Shown: positions 28,981 to 38,692 of the stretch, piece by piece
Layout: each line of letters opens with the position of its first letter
Position numbering within the stretch: position 1 is the first letter of the stretch
Assembly (NCBI GenBank): GCA_020719345.1
Contig: DYQJ01000001.1
Location: 5,621-44,518, forward strand
Source: Draconibacterium orientale
GTDB taxonomy: Bacteria > Bacteroidota > Bacteroidia > Bacteroidales > DYQJ01
Direction of reading: 5' to 3'
Length of the DNA stretch: 38,898 nucleotides
Made by a program: the position numbers and the translations under genes
The notes under the pieces: model-generated
What the model was told of the DNA's origin: nothing
What the model saw: only the letters and a program-made list of their open reading frames with translations
Database searches by the model: none

Positions 28981-31900
28981 TTATATCCATTCTTTAGTTT
29001 GGTTATCTATTAATATCATTTGTTTGATAGTGAAATTTAAAACTTTTATAATATTAGTAATATTATCTATTTCGTTGTGCGACAGTTCTCTGTTCTTGCG
29101 GTCTTTAATGTATTTATCAAGTACTTGATAACCACCGACATAAAAATTATAAATGTTTTCTTCTATGGTTTCAAAATATTGTGTTTTATTGATATACAAT
29201 TTATTATCAACAAAATACGGATTTATAACTATTTTATCTCCTTGTCCTTTAAAAATTCCGATTTCGTTATATTCCGGCTCGTGTGGAATTTCTTTAAGTA
29301 AGTGTTTTTTAACGAGTTGCTCGCCCATGTTAGCCAAAGTTTGAAATTTAGTCAAACTTTCGGTAAATGGTATACGCGGGAAATCCATCTTCAAAAATTC
29401 TGCATATTTCTCTCTAAACGTAGGACTGTGCAAAATAGCATAAATATAATAAAATATTTCTTCAGGTGTCGGTTCATAATCAGAGTTCTGCGAACTATTT
29501 GCAGAGATTAGATAATGTTTTTTCTGCTCTATCTGGACTTTTAATTCTTCGGCAGTTTGTTTTTGTAGATTAATTATTGAAATATCAGTGTTTGTTTTTT
29601 CAAATGTTAAAATAATTTTTTCAATTTGTTTTAGTTGTTTTTCTTGTGCTTTAATATTTTTTTCTATTTCTGTGAGATGTTTTTTGTCTATAGGTTTGCT
29701 CTTGTATTTTGTTTTGATATAATTTCGGAATTGTTCAGTGAAATTATCTTTTTTGTCGTCTTCCTTAAATAAATAATTTGTAGCATGAGAAGTTCCATTT
29801 CCATTGTAACGGTAAAGCGGACAGATAGATGCCGTTCCAGGTATTTGTAAAAAATTTATATCCAAAATATTCTCGGATGCAAAAACATAAGAATATTCAT
29901 TGTCTTTTTTATAAGCAAATCTTGTAAATATCAATCCCAGATTTTGTTTTTCAAAATGTTTCATTACTTTGGTTACCGTTCTCCAAACTAATTTTTCTTC
30001 ATAAAAAATAAATCGTTTGTCAAAAGGACGATACAATATAGGTTTTATAAAAGTTCTTAAATCTTGATGATTTTGTAAATTGTCCCAACCTTTCAATATG
30101 TCCCAGTCTTTTTTCTCTACTACATTAAATTTTTGGTGTAATGTTTTAGAGTAACGTTCAGTGTTTTTGAAATTATTAAATCTTTTCAATAATATATCTT
30201 CTTGATAATCAATGCAAAAATTGTCGTGTGCTGTTGTTATGCCTACTCCGTTTATATCAAAAATATCTTTTATACTTGTGAATTTTTCATAAACTGCTCT
30301 TAGGTTTTGATTTTGCGGCACAAACAAATAAAACGGCGAATTAGGTTTTATCTCATTAAAAATAAGAGTATTGAAATTATTTTCCATGCAAATATTGAAT
30401 TTTGTCTGACGGTCTCCCCAAAAATCAGTATGAAAAACGGCTTTAGGTATTCCTTTCTTTTTAATCATCAGCGAAATACAGACTCCTTGTTGAATATCAA
30501 ATACATTTTCGTCTTTTTCACCTTCTAAGGTCGTCTCTTTTTTTAATGAATTTCCATGTAAATCAATAAAATACATGCTGTCAAAAGTATTAATCAAACT
30601 TTGTCTCATGCCGCGAAAAGTAGGGTTGTCTAAAAACGAATGATTAGTAATTATCGCAACTATTCCCTGCTCTACTTTGTCCATTTTATCTTGTGCAAAA
30701 CGGATAAATTTCACGTAGTCGTCTTGTAACCATTTAGGGTTTCTTTCGCCAAGCGGTTTATTATCAACGAGATTGTATTTTTTTATCTCATTTTTTATCC
30801 ACAGTCCATTGTTTTTAGAATTACCAGAGTATGGCGGATTTCCTATGATAACCAAAATAGGTTTATCTTTAACTTCTTGTGCTGCTTTTGTCTCTTTGGA
30901 GAGCTGCGGCATAAAAGGGACTTTTATTTGCTTGTCCGTTGGCTCTAAAGTGTTGGTTAAATAAACTTGTAAACGGTCTTTATCCAAAAATTCATACCCT
31001 TCTTCTTTGAGGAATTGCGAAAGTTTAAGATGCGCAACAGTGTAAGGTGCAATAAGATATTCAAACCCAAATAGATTTTTCAAGATGTGGTCTTGTATAA
31101 TCATTCGGCGTTTTTCGGCTAAATCATTCGGCGTTTTATCTAAAATAATTTTAAAAACTTCCAACAAAAAAGTTCCTGTTCCTGTGGCAAAATCAAGGAC
31201 AGTTACATTGTCGCGCTCTGCAAGACCGTTTGAAAGATTGAAAGTATTTATCAAAATTTCATCTACGCAGCGAACAATAAAATTAACTATTTGCGGAGGA
31301 GTATAATAAACGCCCTTAGATTTTCGTAAATTATAATCGTAAACAGACAAAAAAGTCTCATAAAAATAAATATACGGGTCGTTTTCAACCCTGCCAGCGT
31401 TTCCAACGCTGGCAGGGTTTTGGAAATCTTTTTTTAAATCAGCCCATTGAATGTTGTTTATTATAGATAAAATTTCGTCTATTATCCATTTGGTTTCTTT
31501 GTATTCCGGTTTCTCTAATTCTTCGAGAAAACTGATTAACTCTTTGATTAATTGAAAATTAGCGGGTATATATTTTTTGGCATTCTCACGTGAAATAGTT
31601 TTTGTATCAGCATTTAAACCTGCGAGAAACAAGCCATAGGTGAGCATTTGCGCAAAAGTGTCAGAAAATTCGGAGATAGTTAGCTCTGCGAAGACATTAT
31701 CTTTGAAAGCGTTGTAGAGGTCGTATAATCTCTCTTGTTCGCTTTGAATATTTTGTCGTGTAAGTTCCTCATTTATAAATGCTTTCAAATTTTTACAACG
31801 ATTCGCAAGCGCGGTAGCCAAATCTTTGGAAGACGATATTTTTTCAGGGACTTGCGAAAAGAAGTTTAATAAAAGTCGTTCTACTTTTTCTATATTCAGA

Positions 31901-32325
31901 TTTTGCGAGGTCTCTGGTTTTGTAATTGTTTCACTATTGGTAATTATTTCTATACTGCACAAAGTTTCGCGCAGAATTGTTTGGTCTTTTATCCAGATGA
32001 ATTCTAAATAATTAGTTATCAGGAGATTTTGAGATAATTCTCGGTACTTTTTTATCTGTTCGGAATTTAATATGTTGTCCAGATTTTCTGTAATTTTTTT
32101 ATTTTCAACATATCCAATAATTGAAAATTCAGAATAAATTTTAAAGTCCGGCGCTCCGTAATTATCTTTACGTTTAGGTTCTTGTAAAACCGTAATTTTT
32201 TTAGTTTGATTTATTAGTGCTGCCAGTTTTAAAAGATTTTCAAGCGCCGAACGTTTAGAATGTTCAGTCAATTCATCTATCGGAACTTCTTGTAACTCCT
32301 TAATATATTGTTTAAAATCTATCAT
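28981..32325 (-). CDS. Single-chain restriction-modification enzyme: PD-(D/E)XK nuclease + N6-adenine methyltransferase + Type ISP-like C-terminal specificity domain (no helicase)
   Basis: GAPDF...GYVENK nuclease motif; GVYYTP, motif I VLDFATGTGTF and motif IV IGNPPY; DDYVKF, YRPFD and FPRIP. The start is at 32325 or 32343. Confidence 0.9.
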   Translation of the reverse strand: MIDFKQYIKELQEVPIDELTEHSKRSALENLLKLAALINQTKKITVLQEPKRKDNYGAPDFKIYSEFSIIGYVENKKITENLDNILNSEQIKKYRELSQNLLITNYLEFIWIKDQTILRETLCSIEIITNSETITKPETSQNLNIEKVERLLLNFFSQVPEKISSSKDLATALANRCKNLKAFINEELTRQNIQSEQERLYDLYNAFKDNVFAELTISEFSDTFAQMLTYGLFLAGLNADTKTISRENAKKYIPANFQLIKELISFLEELEKPEYKETKWIIDEILSIINNIQWADLKKDFQNPASVGNAGRVENDPYIYFYETFLSVYDYNLRKSKGVYYTPPQIVNFIVRCVDEILINTFNLSNGLAERDNVTVLDFATGTGTFLLEVFKIILDKTPNDLAEKRRMIIQDHILKNLFGFEYLIAPYTVAHLKLSQFLKEEGYEFLDKDRLQVYLTNTLEPTDKQIKVPFMPQLSKETKAAQEVKDKPILVIIGNPPYSGNSKNNGLWIKNEIKKYNLVDNKPLGERNPKWLQDDYVKFIRFAQDKMDKVEQGIVAIITNHSFLDNPTFRGMRQSLINTFDSMYFIDLHGNSLKKETTLEGEKDENVFDIQQGVCISLMIKKKGIPKAVFHTDFWGDRQTKFNICMENNFNTLIFNEIKPNSPFYLFVPQNQNLRAVYEKFTSIKDIFDINGVGITTAHDNFCIDYQEDILLKRFNNFKNTERYSKTLHQKFNVVEKKDWDILKGWDNLQNHQDLRTFIKPILYRPFDKRFIFYEEKLVWRTVTKVMKHFEKQNLGLIFTRFAYKKDNEYSYVFASENILDINFLQIPGTASICPLYRYNGNGTSHATNYLFKEDDKKDNFTEQFRNYIKTKYKSKPIDKKHLTEIEKNIKAQEKQLKQIEKIILTFEKTNTDISIINLQKQTAEELKVQIEQKKHYLISANSSQNSDYEPTPEEIFYYIYAILHSPTFREKYAEFLKMDFPRIPFTESLTKFQTLANMGEQLVKKHLLKEIPHEPEYNEIGIFKGQGDKIVINPYFVDNKLYINKTQYFETIEENIYNFYVGGYQVLDKYIKDRKNRELSHNEIDNITNIIKVLNFTIKQMILIDNQTKEWI
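31387..31419. repeat. 33-bp perfect palindrome (15-3-15), REP-like, inside the RM coding sequence
   Basis: AACCCTGCCAGCGTT-TCC-AACGCTGGCAGGGTT, GC-rich in an AT-rich gene; translated as NPASVGNAGRV. Confidence 0.85.
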
Positions 32326-32353
32326 AAACAATTCATTAACCATTAATAGTTTT

Positions 32354-33190
32354 TTACAAAGCTTTTAGACTAAGGTCGAGACTTTTAATTTGATGCGTTA
32401 GCGCTCCAATTGAGACAAAATCTACTCCGCACAAGGCATAATCTCTAATTGTGTCTAAAGTTATTCCGCCGGAGGATTCCGTTTCGTAGTTATAATTAAT
32501 AAGTTCCACTGCTTTTCGTGTGTTTTCTAACGAGAAGTTGTCTAACATAATTCTGTTTATGAGTCCTATTTTGAGTACTTGTTTTAGTTCTTCAATGTTT
32601 CGGACTTCTATTTCTATTTTTAGCTGTTTATTTAATTTTTTCAAATATTCGTTAGTAGATAAAATAGCTTTTTCTATTCCTCCTGCAAAATCTATGTGAT
32701 TGTCTTTTAACATTATCATATCATACAATCCCATTCGGTGATTTAGTCCTCCTCCTATTCTTACTGCCATTTTTTCGAGTAGTCTAAGTCCGGGAGATGT
32801 TTTTCGGGTGTCTAATATTTTAGTTTTCAAATCTGATATTTTTTCTTGATAAATATTAGTTTGTGTAGCTATTCCACTCATTCGTTGCATGATGTTGAGT
32901 ACCAGTCGTTCAGCTTGCAATATATTGCGTATTTTTCCTTTGATATTAAAAACAATATCTCCATAGTTAATTTTTTGTCCATCTTTAATAAAGATATTTA
33001 TTTCTAAGTTCTTATCTATCATTGCAAATACTTTTTGTGCAACTTCTACTCCTGCGATAATTCCTTGTTGCTTGACTAATAATTTAGCTTCTCCTGTTGC
33101 GTTTTCGGGAATGCATGCGAGTGCGCTGTGGTCTCCATCACCTATGTCTTCGGCTATTGCGTTTGCAATAATTTGTTCTAAAGTAATCAT
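32354..33190 (-). CDS. nadC: Nicotinate-nucleotide diphosphorylase (carboxylating)
   Basis: ED...GD, AER-x-x-LN...SGIAT, DTRKT-x-PGLR, HRMGLYD-x-IMLKDNH, MLDNF, SGGI and SIGALTH. Confidence 0.97.
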   Translation of the reverse strand: MITLEQIIANAIAEDIGDGDHSALACIPENATGEAKLLVKQQGIIAGVEVAQKVFAMIDKNLEINIFIKDGQKINYGDIVFNIKGKIRNILQAERLVLNIMQRMSGIATQTNIYQEKISDLKTKILDTRKTSPGLRLLEKMAVRIGGGLNHRMGLYDMIMLKDNHIDFAGGIEKAILSTNEYLKKLNKQLKIEIEVRNIEELKQVLKIGLINRIMLDNFSLENTRKAVELINYNYETESSGGITLDTIRDYALCGVDFVSIGALTHQIKSLDLSLKAL

Positions 33191-33216
33191 TTGTATAAAT
33201 TTTTTAGTAACTTTTG

Positions 33217-33594
33217 TTATTTTACTGCGATGGTTTCTATTTCTATCATAGCGGACAGCGGAAGTTTTGTTACTGCATACGCTGCTCTTGCGGGTGGATT
33301 TGTGTGATAATATTTAGCATATACCTCGTTCATGGCGGCAAAATTGTCCATATTATCTAAAAGACAGACCGATTTTACGACGTTTTCGGTAGTATATCCG
33401 GCTTCGTTTAGTATGGCGACAATATTTTTTAACACTTGTTCGGTTTGTTCTTTAATACCACCTTCTATGATTTTTCCTGTTTTGGGGTCTATAGCAATTT
33501 GTCCTGATACAAATAACATGTTATTAGCTTCTATGGCTTGGCTATATGGTCCTATGGCTTTAGGTGCGTCATTTGAATGAATTACTTTCTTCAT
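33217..33594 (-). CDS. ridA: RidA/YjgF-family reactive-intermediate deaminase
   Basis: APKAIGPYSQA, VSGQI, F-x-x-MNEVY, PAR and LP-x4-IEIE. Confidence 0.93.
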   Translation of the reverse strand: MKKVIHSNDAPKAIGPYSQAIEANNMLFVSGQIAIDPKTGKIIEGGIKEQTEQVLKNIVAILNEAGYTTENVVKSVCLLDNMDNFAAMNEVYAKYYHTNPPARAAYAVTKLPLSAMIEIETIAVK

Positions 33595-33612
33595 ATCTAT
33601 AATTATTTAAGA

Positions 33613-35625
33613 TTAAAATTTTTCAAATTTATTATCCATTTCATCATCGTCTTGATTATTATCAGAATAGATTGTTTTTTTCAATTGCGATGTTTTACGT
33701 TTATGGTTGATATTTTTTTTTGCGTGAGAGATATTTCGGTGTCCTATTTTAAAAAAGCTCATTGTATCAGTTAATTGTTCTGCTTGTCCGGCTAATTGTT
33801 CGGCACTTGTAGCAAGTTGCTCTGCTGCTGCGGCATTTTGTTGGGTGACTTGATTTAATTGATTAATAGCACTATTGACCTGTGATGCTCCGGCATTTTG
33901 TTCGGTGCTGGCGGCGCTTATTTCTTGGACGAGTGTGGCTGTTTTTTCTATTTCGGGTAGTATTTTATTAAGCAAATTTCCTGCATTTTCAGCTATGCTA
34001 ACCCCATTTTTAGATACGCTGTCTATTTCATTAGCGGCTTTAGCACTTCGTTCTGCGAGTTTACGGACTTCGGCGGCGACTACTGCAAACCCTTTTCCGA
34101 GTTCTCCGGCTCTTGCTGCTTCTACTGCTGCGTTGAGTGCGAGAATATTTGTTTGAAAAGCAATGTCGTTGATTATTCGTATTTTTTCTGCTATCATTTT
34201 CATTGCATCCACCGATTCTTGTGTTGCTTTGTTTCCGGTAATAATGCCGCTAAGCGATTTTTGTGCTATTTGTTGCGTCAGTCGGGCGTTTTCAGTATTT
34301 TGTTGAATATTAGCGGATATTTCTTCCATCGACGATGTTACTTCTTCGGTAGACGATGCTTGCTGACTTGCTCCTTGTGACATTTCTTGAGAAGTAGATG
34401 CGATTTCTTGACTTGCGGAGGATATATTTTCTGCTCCCATGATAATATTTTCTACTATACTTTTTAATTTATTTGACATTTTTTGTAAAGCACGTGCCAT
34501 GTCTCCGATTTCGTCTTTTTGCTCTACGAGTTCGCGGGAGATTTCGGTTGTTAAATTTCCTTCGGCTATATTTTCGGCTATTTTGACTCCTTCACTTAGT
34601 CCGGCGACCAAAATTCGCGTCATATAAAAAGCCAGCACAAATCCTAATGCTATTGCTACCAACAAGCTAATAATCAAGATTATATTTGAAGAATAAATTA
34701 AAGTTATCACCTCTTTACCTGTATTAGAAGACTCCGTTATACCATCATCAGCTGCTTTTTGTAGTTTATCTAAAATTCCTATAGCAAGCGTTATTCTTTG
34801 CTCTTGTATTTTTTCGTTTGATATCCATGCTTCATAAAAAATGTTCATCTCCTTTAGATAATCTTCAGCACAATCTTCTATTTTTTCCAGCTGCATAATA
34901 TTGCTTTGCTGTTTTGTCAGTGGTCGTATTACTTCAAAATAAGGATCTAAGTCAAATTTATCTATGGCATTTTTCAAGTTTTCATGATTTAGATTAGCTT
35001 GCGCTTTAAAATTTGCTATTCTAAGTTCATTACCTTTGTCTACGACCGAGTTCATATAGTTTATTTTTGTAATACGGTCATTTATTTTTTCGCCCTTCGC
35101 TCCGCTTTGCAATTCTAATCCCAATTCGGCATTTTGATTGGAGATAAAATACTCACAATTATCAATAAATTCATCGGCAGCTTCGTCCATATTTGTTCGG
35201 GCATTATCAATGGCTATAACATTAGCTTCCGTTTTGTCTATTAGTTCTTGATATTTTTTGAAATCGGTGTTTACAGATTCTAATGCGAGTTTTAAAGTTT
35301 CCAGATTTTCTGTTTCGTCCACCAAGTCGTCTGCGTTGTCCATATATTTTTTTGTCTCATTTAAGAAGCTTAGTGCTTTAGTTAATAATTCTTCTTCTCC
35401 AGTATATCCATAACTTCTTATATAATACATTGTTTGCAAGAAATTTCGTTCTATATTATTAGCTATTTCCACTTCTTGTTGGTATTCATTGACCAGCACT
35501 TTTGATTTTGAGGAGATTCGCGACATGTTGATGATAGCTAAAATCCCTATAAACAGCATAATAAAGAGTATGGAGGCAAACGCCACTCCTAATTTTTGTC
35601 CTAATTTTAAATTATTAAATTTCAT
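33613..35625 (-). CDS. Methyl-accepting chemotaxis protein (TM, large helical periplasmic sensor, TM, HAMP, MA domain)
   Basis: Hairpin-tip motif [40 protein letters not shown]; HAMP DEIG; two TM segments. Confidence 0.97.
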   Translation of the reverse strand: MKFNNLKLGQKLGVAFASILFIMLFIGILAIINMSRISSKSKVLVNEYQQEVEIANNIERNFLQTMYYIRSYGYTGEEELLTKALSFLNETKKYMDNADDLVDETENLETLKLALESVNTDFKKYQELIDKTEANVIAIDNARTNMDEAADEFIDNCEYFISNQNAELGLELQSGAKGEKINDRITKINYMNSVVDKGNELRIANFKAQANLNHENLKNAIDKFDLDPYFEVIRPLTKQQSNIMQLEKIEDCAEDYLKEMNIFYEAWISNEKIQEQRITLAIGILDKLQKAADDGITESSNTGKEVITLIYSSNIILIISLLVAIALGFVLAFYMTRILVAGLSEGVKIAENIAEGNLTTEISRELVEQKDEIGDMARALQKMSNKLKSIVENIIMGAENISSASQEIASTSQEMSQGASQQASSTEEVTSSMEEISANIQQNTENARLTQQIAQKSLSGIITGNKATQESVDAMKMIAEKIRIINDIAFQTNILALNAAVEAARAGELGKGFAVVAAEVRKLAERSAKAANEIDSVSKNGVSIAENAGNLLNKILPEIEKTATLVQEISAASTEQNAGASQVNSAINQLNQVTQQNAAAAEQLATSAEQLAGQAEQLTDTMSFFKIGHRNISHAKKNINHKRKTSQLKKTIYSDNNQDDDEMDNKFEKF

Positions 35626-35643
35626 GATAATTAATTATATTTA

Positions 35644-35651
35644 CAAAGATA
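35644..35651 (-). promoter_or_regulatory. Putative -7 promoter box for the chemoreceptor gene and downstream genes
   Basis: TATCTTTG on the minus strand 18 nt upstream of the ATG at 35625. Confidence 0.5.
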
Positions 35652-35704
35652 ATTAAAAAAAACTATTTATATAATATTTTTGAAAAATCTATTTTTTATT
35701 TTTT

Positions 35705-37537
35705 TCAAAAAATCAAGATATTCTGACAGAGAGTGCAGTCTTGTTTTACTTCTATTAAGTTATTCTGATATTTAATAAATTTTACTTCGTTCAGATTTTT
35801 GGTGTTCGTATTTTTTTGATACTTTTCACATTGTCCTAAGGCATGTTTGATACAAAATTTTGTTATCATAACTTCTTTTTTTTCTGTTTCGGGGTTAATT
35901 TCATAGGCTTCGTTTATATTTGAAACCTGATGCCGCAAGAAGAATTTTTTAGCCAGCGAATTAGCAATATTAGCTTTATAATCTAATATTTTTTTATAAT
36001 AAGGAAAATCATTTTTCTCAATAATTTTAAATTCATTTTTATAATTTTCCCCTAATGTTTCATATAGTTTAGTTAACAGATTTCTTCGCATTTCGTTAAT
36101 TTCTTTGATAGACAAAAAATAGATTTCCGAATATGCTATATCAATTTTTGTTACTTTAAAAATAGTATCTCCTGTTTTATCTAACTGTTTGATAATGTTT
36201 AAATTATAATCTCTGTTTGTAGCAATTTGTTTATTGGTTTTATAAGTTATTTGTGCGTGATATTTTTTATTAGTTGTCTGGGCATATAAAAAAAATCCTT
36301 CGGGCATTTCATCAAGCAATATATAAATATTTATGTATCTGCAATTTTCAATATTAGATATTTTTTTGATAAAGTTGTGGTCATAGTTGCGATATATTTC
36401 AGTATTAATTTTTATTTCTATCGGAGTATTAGGAAATATTTTGTTGTTTTCTACTGTATTAACTTTTATTCCGGACAGTGTGTTTTGATTATTGATAAAA
36501 CATAATCCGTCACCGTTATTTATCTGTATATCAGAGTTTATCTGGAAGAAATCTTTTGCTACATTGCTTATTTTTCCGATATATTGTCCAGTAGGTTTAG
36601 ATGTTTTTGCATTTATATCTTGTTGTTTTCCGAGAAGAAAATAGTCTGTATATTGTCTGTTGAAAGTGCTATCCGGGTTTGGAATGAAATTAAAATCAAA
36701 TACTCCGATTGATGTTTTTTCAAGATTTTTTTGAGATAAAATATTATCAATTTTTTGTCTGTAGAATGCGACATTATTTTTGAGATAATTAATATCCTTC
36801 ATTCTACCTTCTATTTTAAAAGAATTACATCCTGCTTCTATCAATTGCAATAAATATTGACTTCTGTTCATGTCTTTAAGCGAGAGTATATGTTTGTTTT
36901 TAGCGATGATATTTTTATCTTTATCAAGTATATCATATTGTAATCTACAAGGTTGTGCGCATTGTCCTCTGTTTCCGCTTCGGTGTCCGAGTTTGTAGCT
37001 CATATAACATTGTCCGGAGAATGAAACGCATACTGCTCCATGCACGAAGCATTCTAATTCTATATTTGTGTTGTCGGCAATATATTTTATTTGCGTGAGA
37101 CTAAGTTCGCGTGCGAGAATTACCCGCGAGAATCCGACTTTTTGGAGGAAAATTATTTTTTCTATGTCGTAGTTATGTGTCTGTGTACTTGCATGTATAG
37201 GAATTGGCGGCAGTTTCATTTCTAATATTCCGAAGTCTTGAATAATAATGGCGTCAGCATTCATCTGATATAATTTATCAATGATATTAAGTGCTTGACT
37301 TAATTCGTCTTCATAAATAATAGTATTTAAAGTGACATATACTTTTGCATCAAATTTATGAGCATATTTAATAAGTTTTTCTATATCAATTAGTTGGTTT
37401 GTCGCTTGGTCTCTTGCGCCGAATTTATTTGCGCCTATATATACCGCATCAGCACCGAAATTGATTGCAGTTATGCCATATAGATAATTTTTCGCTGGTG
37501 CGAGCAGCTCAATTTTATGCTTTTTAATATCTTGCAT
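35705..37537 (-). CDS. Peptidase U32 family protein, long form (RlhA-like RNA hydroxylation protein)
   Basis: ELLAPA, GADAVYIG, HASTQ, LARELS, FVHGAVCVSFSGQC, NRGQCAQPCR and KIEGR, plus a long C-terminal extension. Confidence 0.9.
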   Translation of the reverse strand: MQDIKKHKIELLAPAKNYLYGITAINFGADAVYIGANKFGARDQATNQLIDIEKLIKYAHKFDAKVYVTLNTIIYEDELSQALNIIDKLYQMNADAIIIQDFGILEMKLPPIPIHASTQTHNYDIEKIIFLQKVGFSRVILARELSLTQIKYIADNTNIELECFVHGAVCVSFSGQCYMSYKLGHRSGNRGQCAQPCRLQYDILDKDKNIIAKNKHILSLKDMNRSQYLLQLIEAGCNSFKIEGRMKDINYLKNNVAFYRQKIDNILSQKNLEKTSIGVFDFNFIPNPDSTFNRQYTDYFLLGKQQDINAKTSKPTGQYIGKISNVAKDFFQINSDIQINNGDGLCFINNQNTLSGIKVNTVENNKIFPNTPIEIKINTEIYRNYDHNFIKKISNIENCRYINIYILLDEMPEGFFLYAQTTNKKYHAQITYKTNKQIATNRDYNLNIIKQLDKTGDTIFKVTKIDIAYSEIYFLSIKEINEMRRNLLTKLYETLGENYKNEFKIIEKNDFPYYKKILDYKANIANSLAKKFFLRHQVSNINEAYEINPETEKKEVMITKFCIKHALGQCEKYQKNTNTKNLNEVKFIKYQNNLIEVKQDCTLCQNILIF

Positions 37538-37541
37538 CAAT

Positions 37542-38018
37542 TTAGGTTGTTTTTTGAATAAGAATTACTGCGTATGCCGATATTCCTTGCTCTTGTCCTA
37601 CAAAACCGAGTTTTTCCGTTGTTGTTGCTTTGATAGATAAATCTGTTTCCGGTATCTCCATGACTGCGCATAGAGTTTTTATCATCGTAGGTATATAGTC
37701 CTTAATTTTAGGTCTTTGCAAACATATTGTTGAGTCAATATTAACAATTTTATAATTATGTTCGTTAAGTATCTGTGTTGTTTTTTTGAGAAGAATTTTG
37801 CTATCTATTCCTTTATATATCAATGAATTATCAGGGAAATGATAACCTATATCTCTAAGATTTGCGGCGCCGAGCATCGCATCGCAAATGGCATGTATCA
37901 GCACGTCAGCATCGGAGTGTCCTACTGCACCTTTTTCGTGTATAATTTCTATTCCGCCGAGCATAAAGCGGTAGTTTTCAGCAAGTTGATGCACATCATA
38001 TCCAAAACCTATTCTCAT
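37542..38018 (-). CDS. ispF: 2-C-methyl-D-erythritol 2,4-cyclodiphosphate synthase
   Basis: MRIGFGYDVH, GHSDADV-x-x-HAICDA, DIG-x-HFP and KATTTEKLGF. Confidence 0.98.
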   Translation of the reverse strand: MRIGFGYDVHQLAENYRFMLGGIEIIHEKGAVGHSDADVLIHAICDAMLGAANLRDIGYHFPDNSLIYKGIDSKILLKKTTQILNEHNYKIVNIDSTICLQRPKIKDYIPTMIKTLCAVMEIPETDLSIKATTTEKLGFVGQEQGISAYAVILIQKTT

Positions 38019-38045
38019 ATCAAATAAATTTTAATTATTAATTTC

Positions 38046-38678
38046 TTATTTTATTATACCATGTTTAATAGCAAACATTACCAGATGTGGAGCGTTTTTT
38101 GCGCCTGTTTTTTCAAAGAGATGACATCTATGCACGTCTACTGTTTTTTGGCTGATTCCTAAGTGTTTGGCTATTTCATTATTAGACATACCTTTACATA
38201 TAAGTTCTAATATTTGAGTTTCGCGTTCGGTCAGATTAATCTTTGCTGATATTTTGGTATTATTTTTAGAATTGATATTGCAAACAAACTCTTCTGAGTA
38301 ATAATTATCTCCTTGCATAACAGTATTTATAGCATTTTGCAATTCTTCGCGGTTAGTTTTTTTTAGTAAGAAGCCTGTTGCTCCGGCTTCTAACATTTTA
38401 TTGAAATATCCTATTTCTTCGTGCATTGTTAGCGCAATAATATTTACCTCCGGAAATTTTTCGCTAATTTTCTTAGTAGCTTCTATTCCATCTATGAGTG
38501 GCATTTTTATGTCCATGAGTATAATGTCGGTCTTATTATTTTTTAATATCTCCAGCAGTTCGTGTCCGTTTGAGGCTTCAGCAATTACTTTAACATTAGT
38601 TATTTCGTTAAGCACTGTTCTTAGTCCTTTTCTAAAAATGACGTGGTCATCGGCGATTATTACTCTTACTATGTCCAT
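38046..38678 (-). CDS. NarL/LuxR-family response regulator (REC + HTH)
   Basis: IADDH, LMDIKMP-x-x-DG and LTMH; LTERE...GMSNNEIA...S-x-KTV-x-x-HR. Confidence 0.96.
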   Translation of the reverse strand: MDIVRVIIADDHVIFRKGLRTVLNEITNVKVIAEASNGHELLEILKNNKTDIILMDIKMPLIDGIEATKKISEKFPEVNIIALTMHEEIGYFNKMLEAGATGFLLKKTNREELQNAINTVMQGDNYYSEEFVCNINSKNNTKISAKINLTERETQILELICKGMSNNEIAKHLGISQKTVDVHRCHLFEKTGAKNAPHLVMFAIKHGIIK

Positions 38679-38692
38679 GATAATTTCAACGT

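Noticed and set aside
31898-31913. Second REP-like remnant in the RM gene (AGATTTTGCGAGGTCT)
   Set aside because: The dyad is weak, depends on several G-T pairs and has no partner arm.
1954-34627. Numerous 60-170 aa ORFs nested in or antisense to long genes
   Set aside because: They are fully overlapped by well-supported CDSs and show no recognisable motifs.
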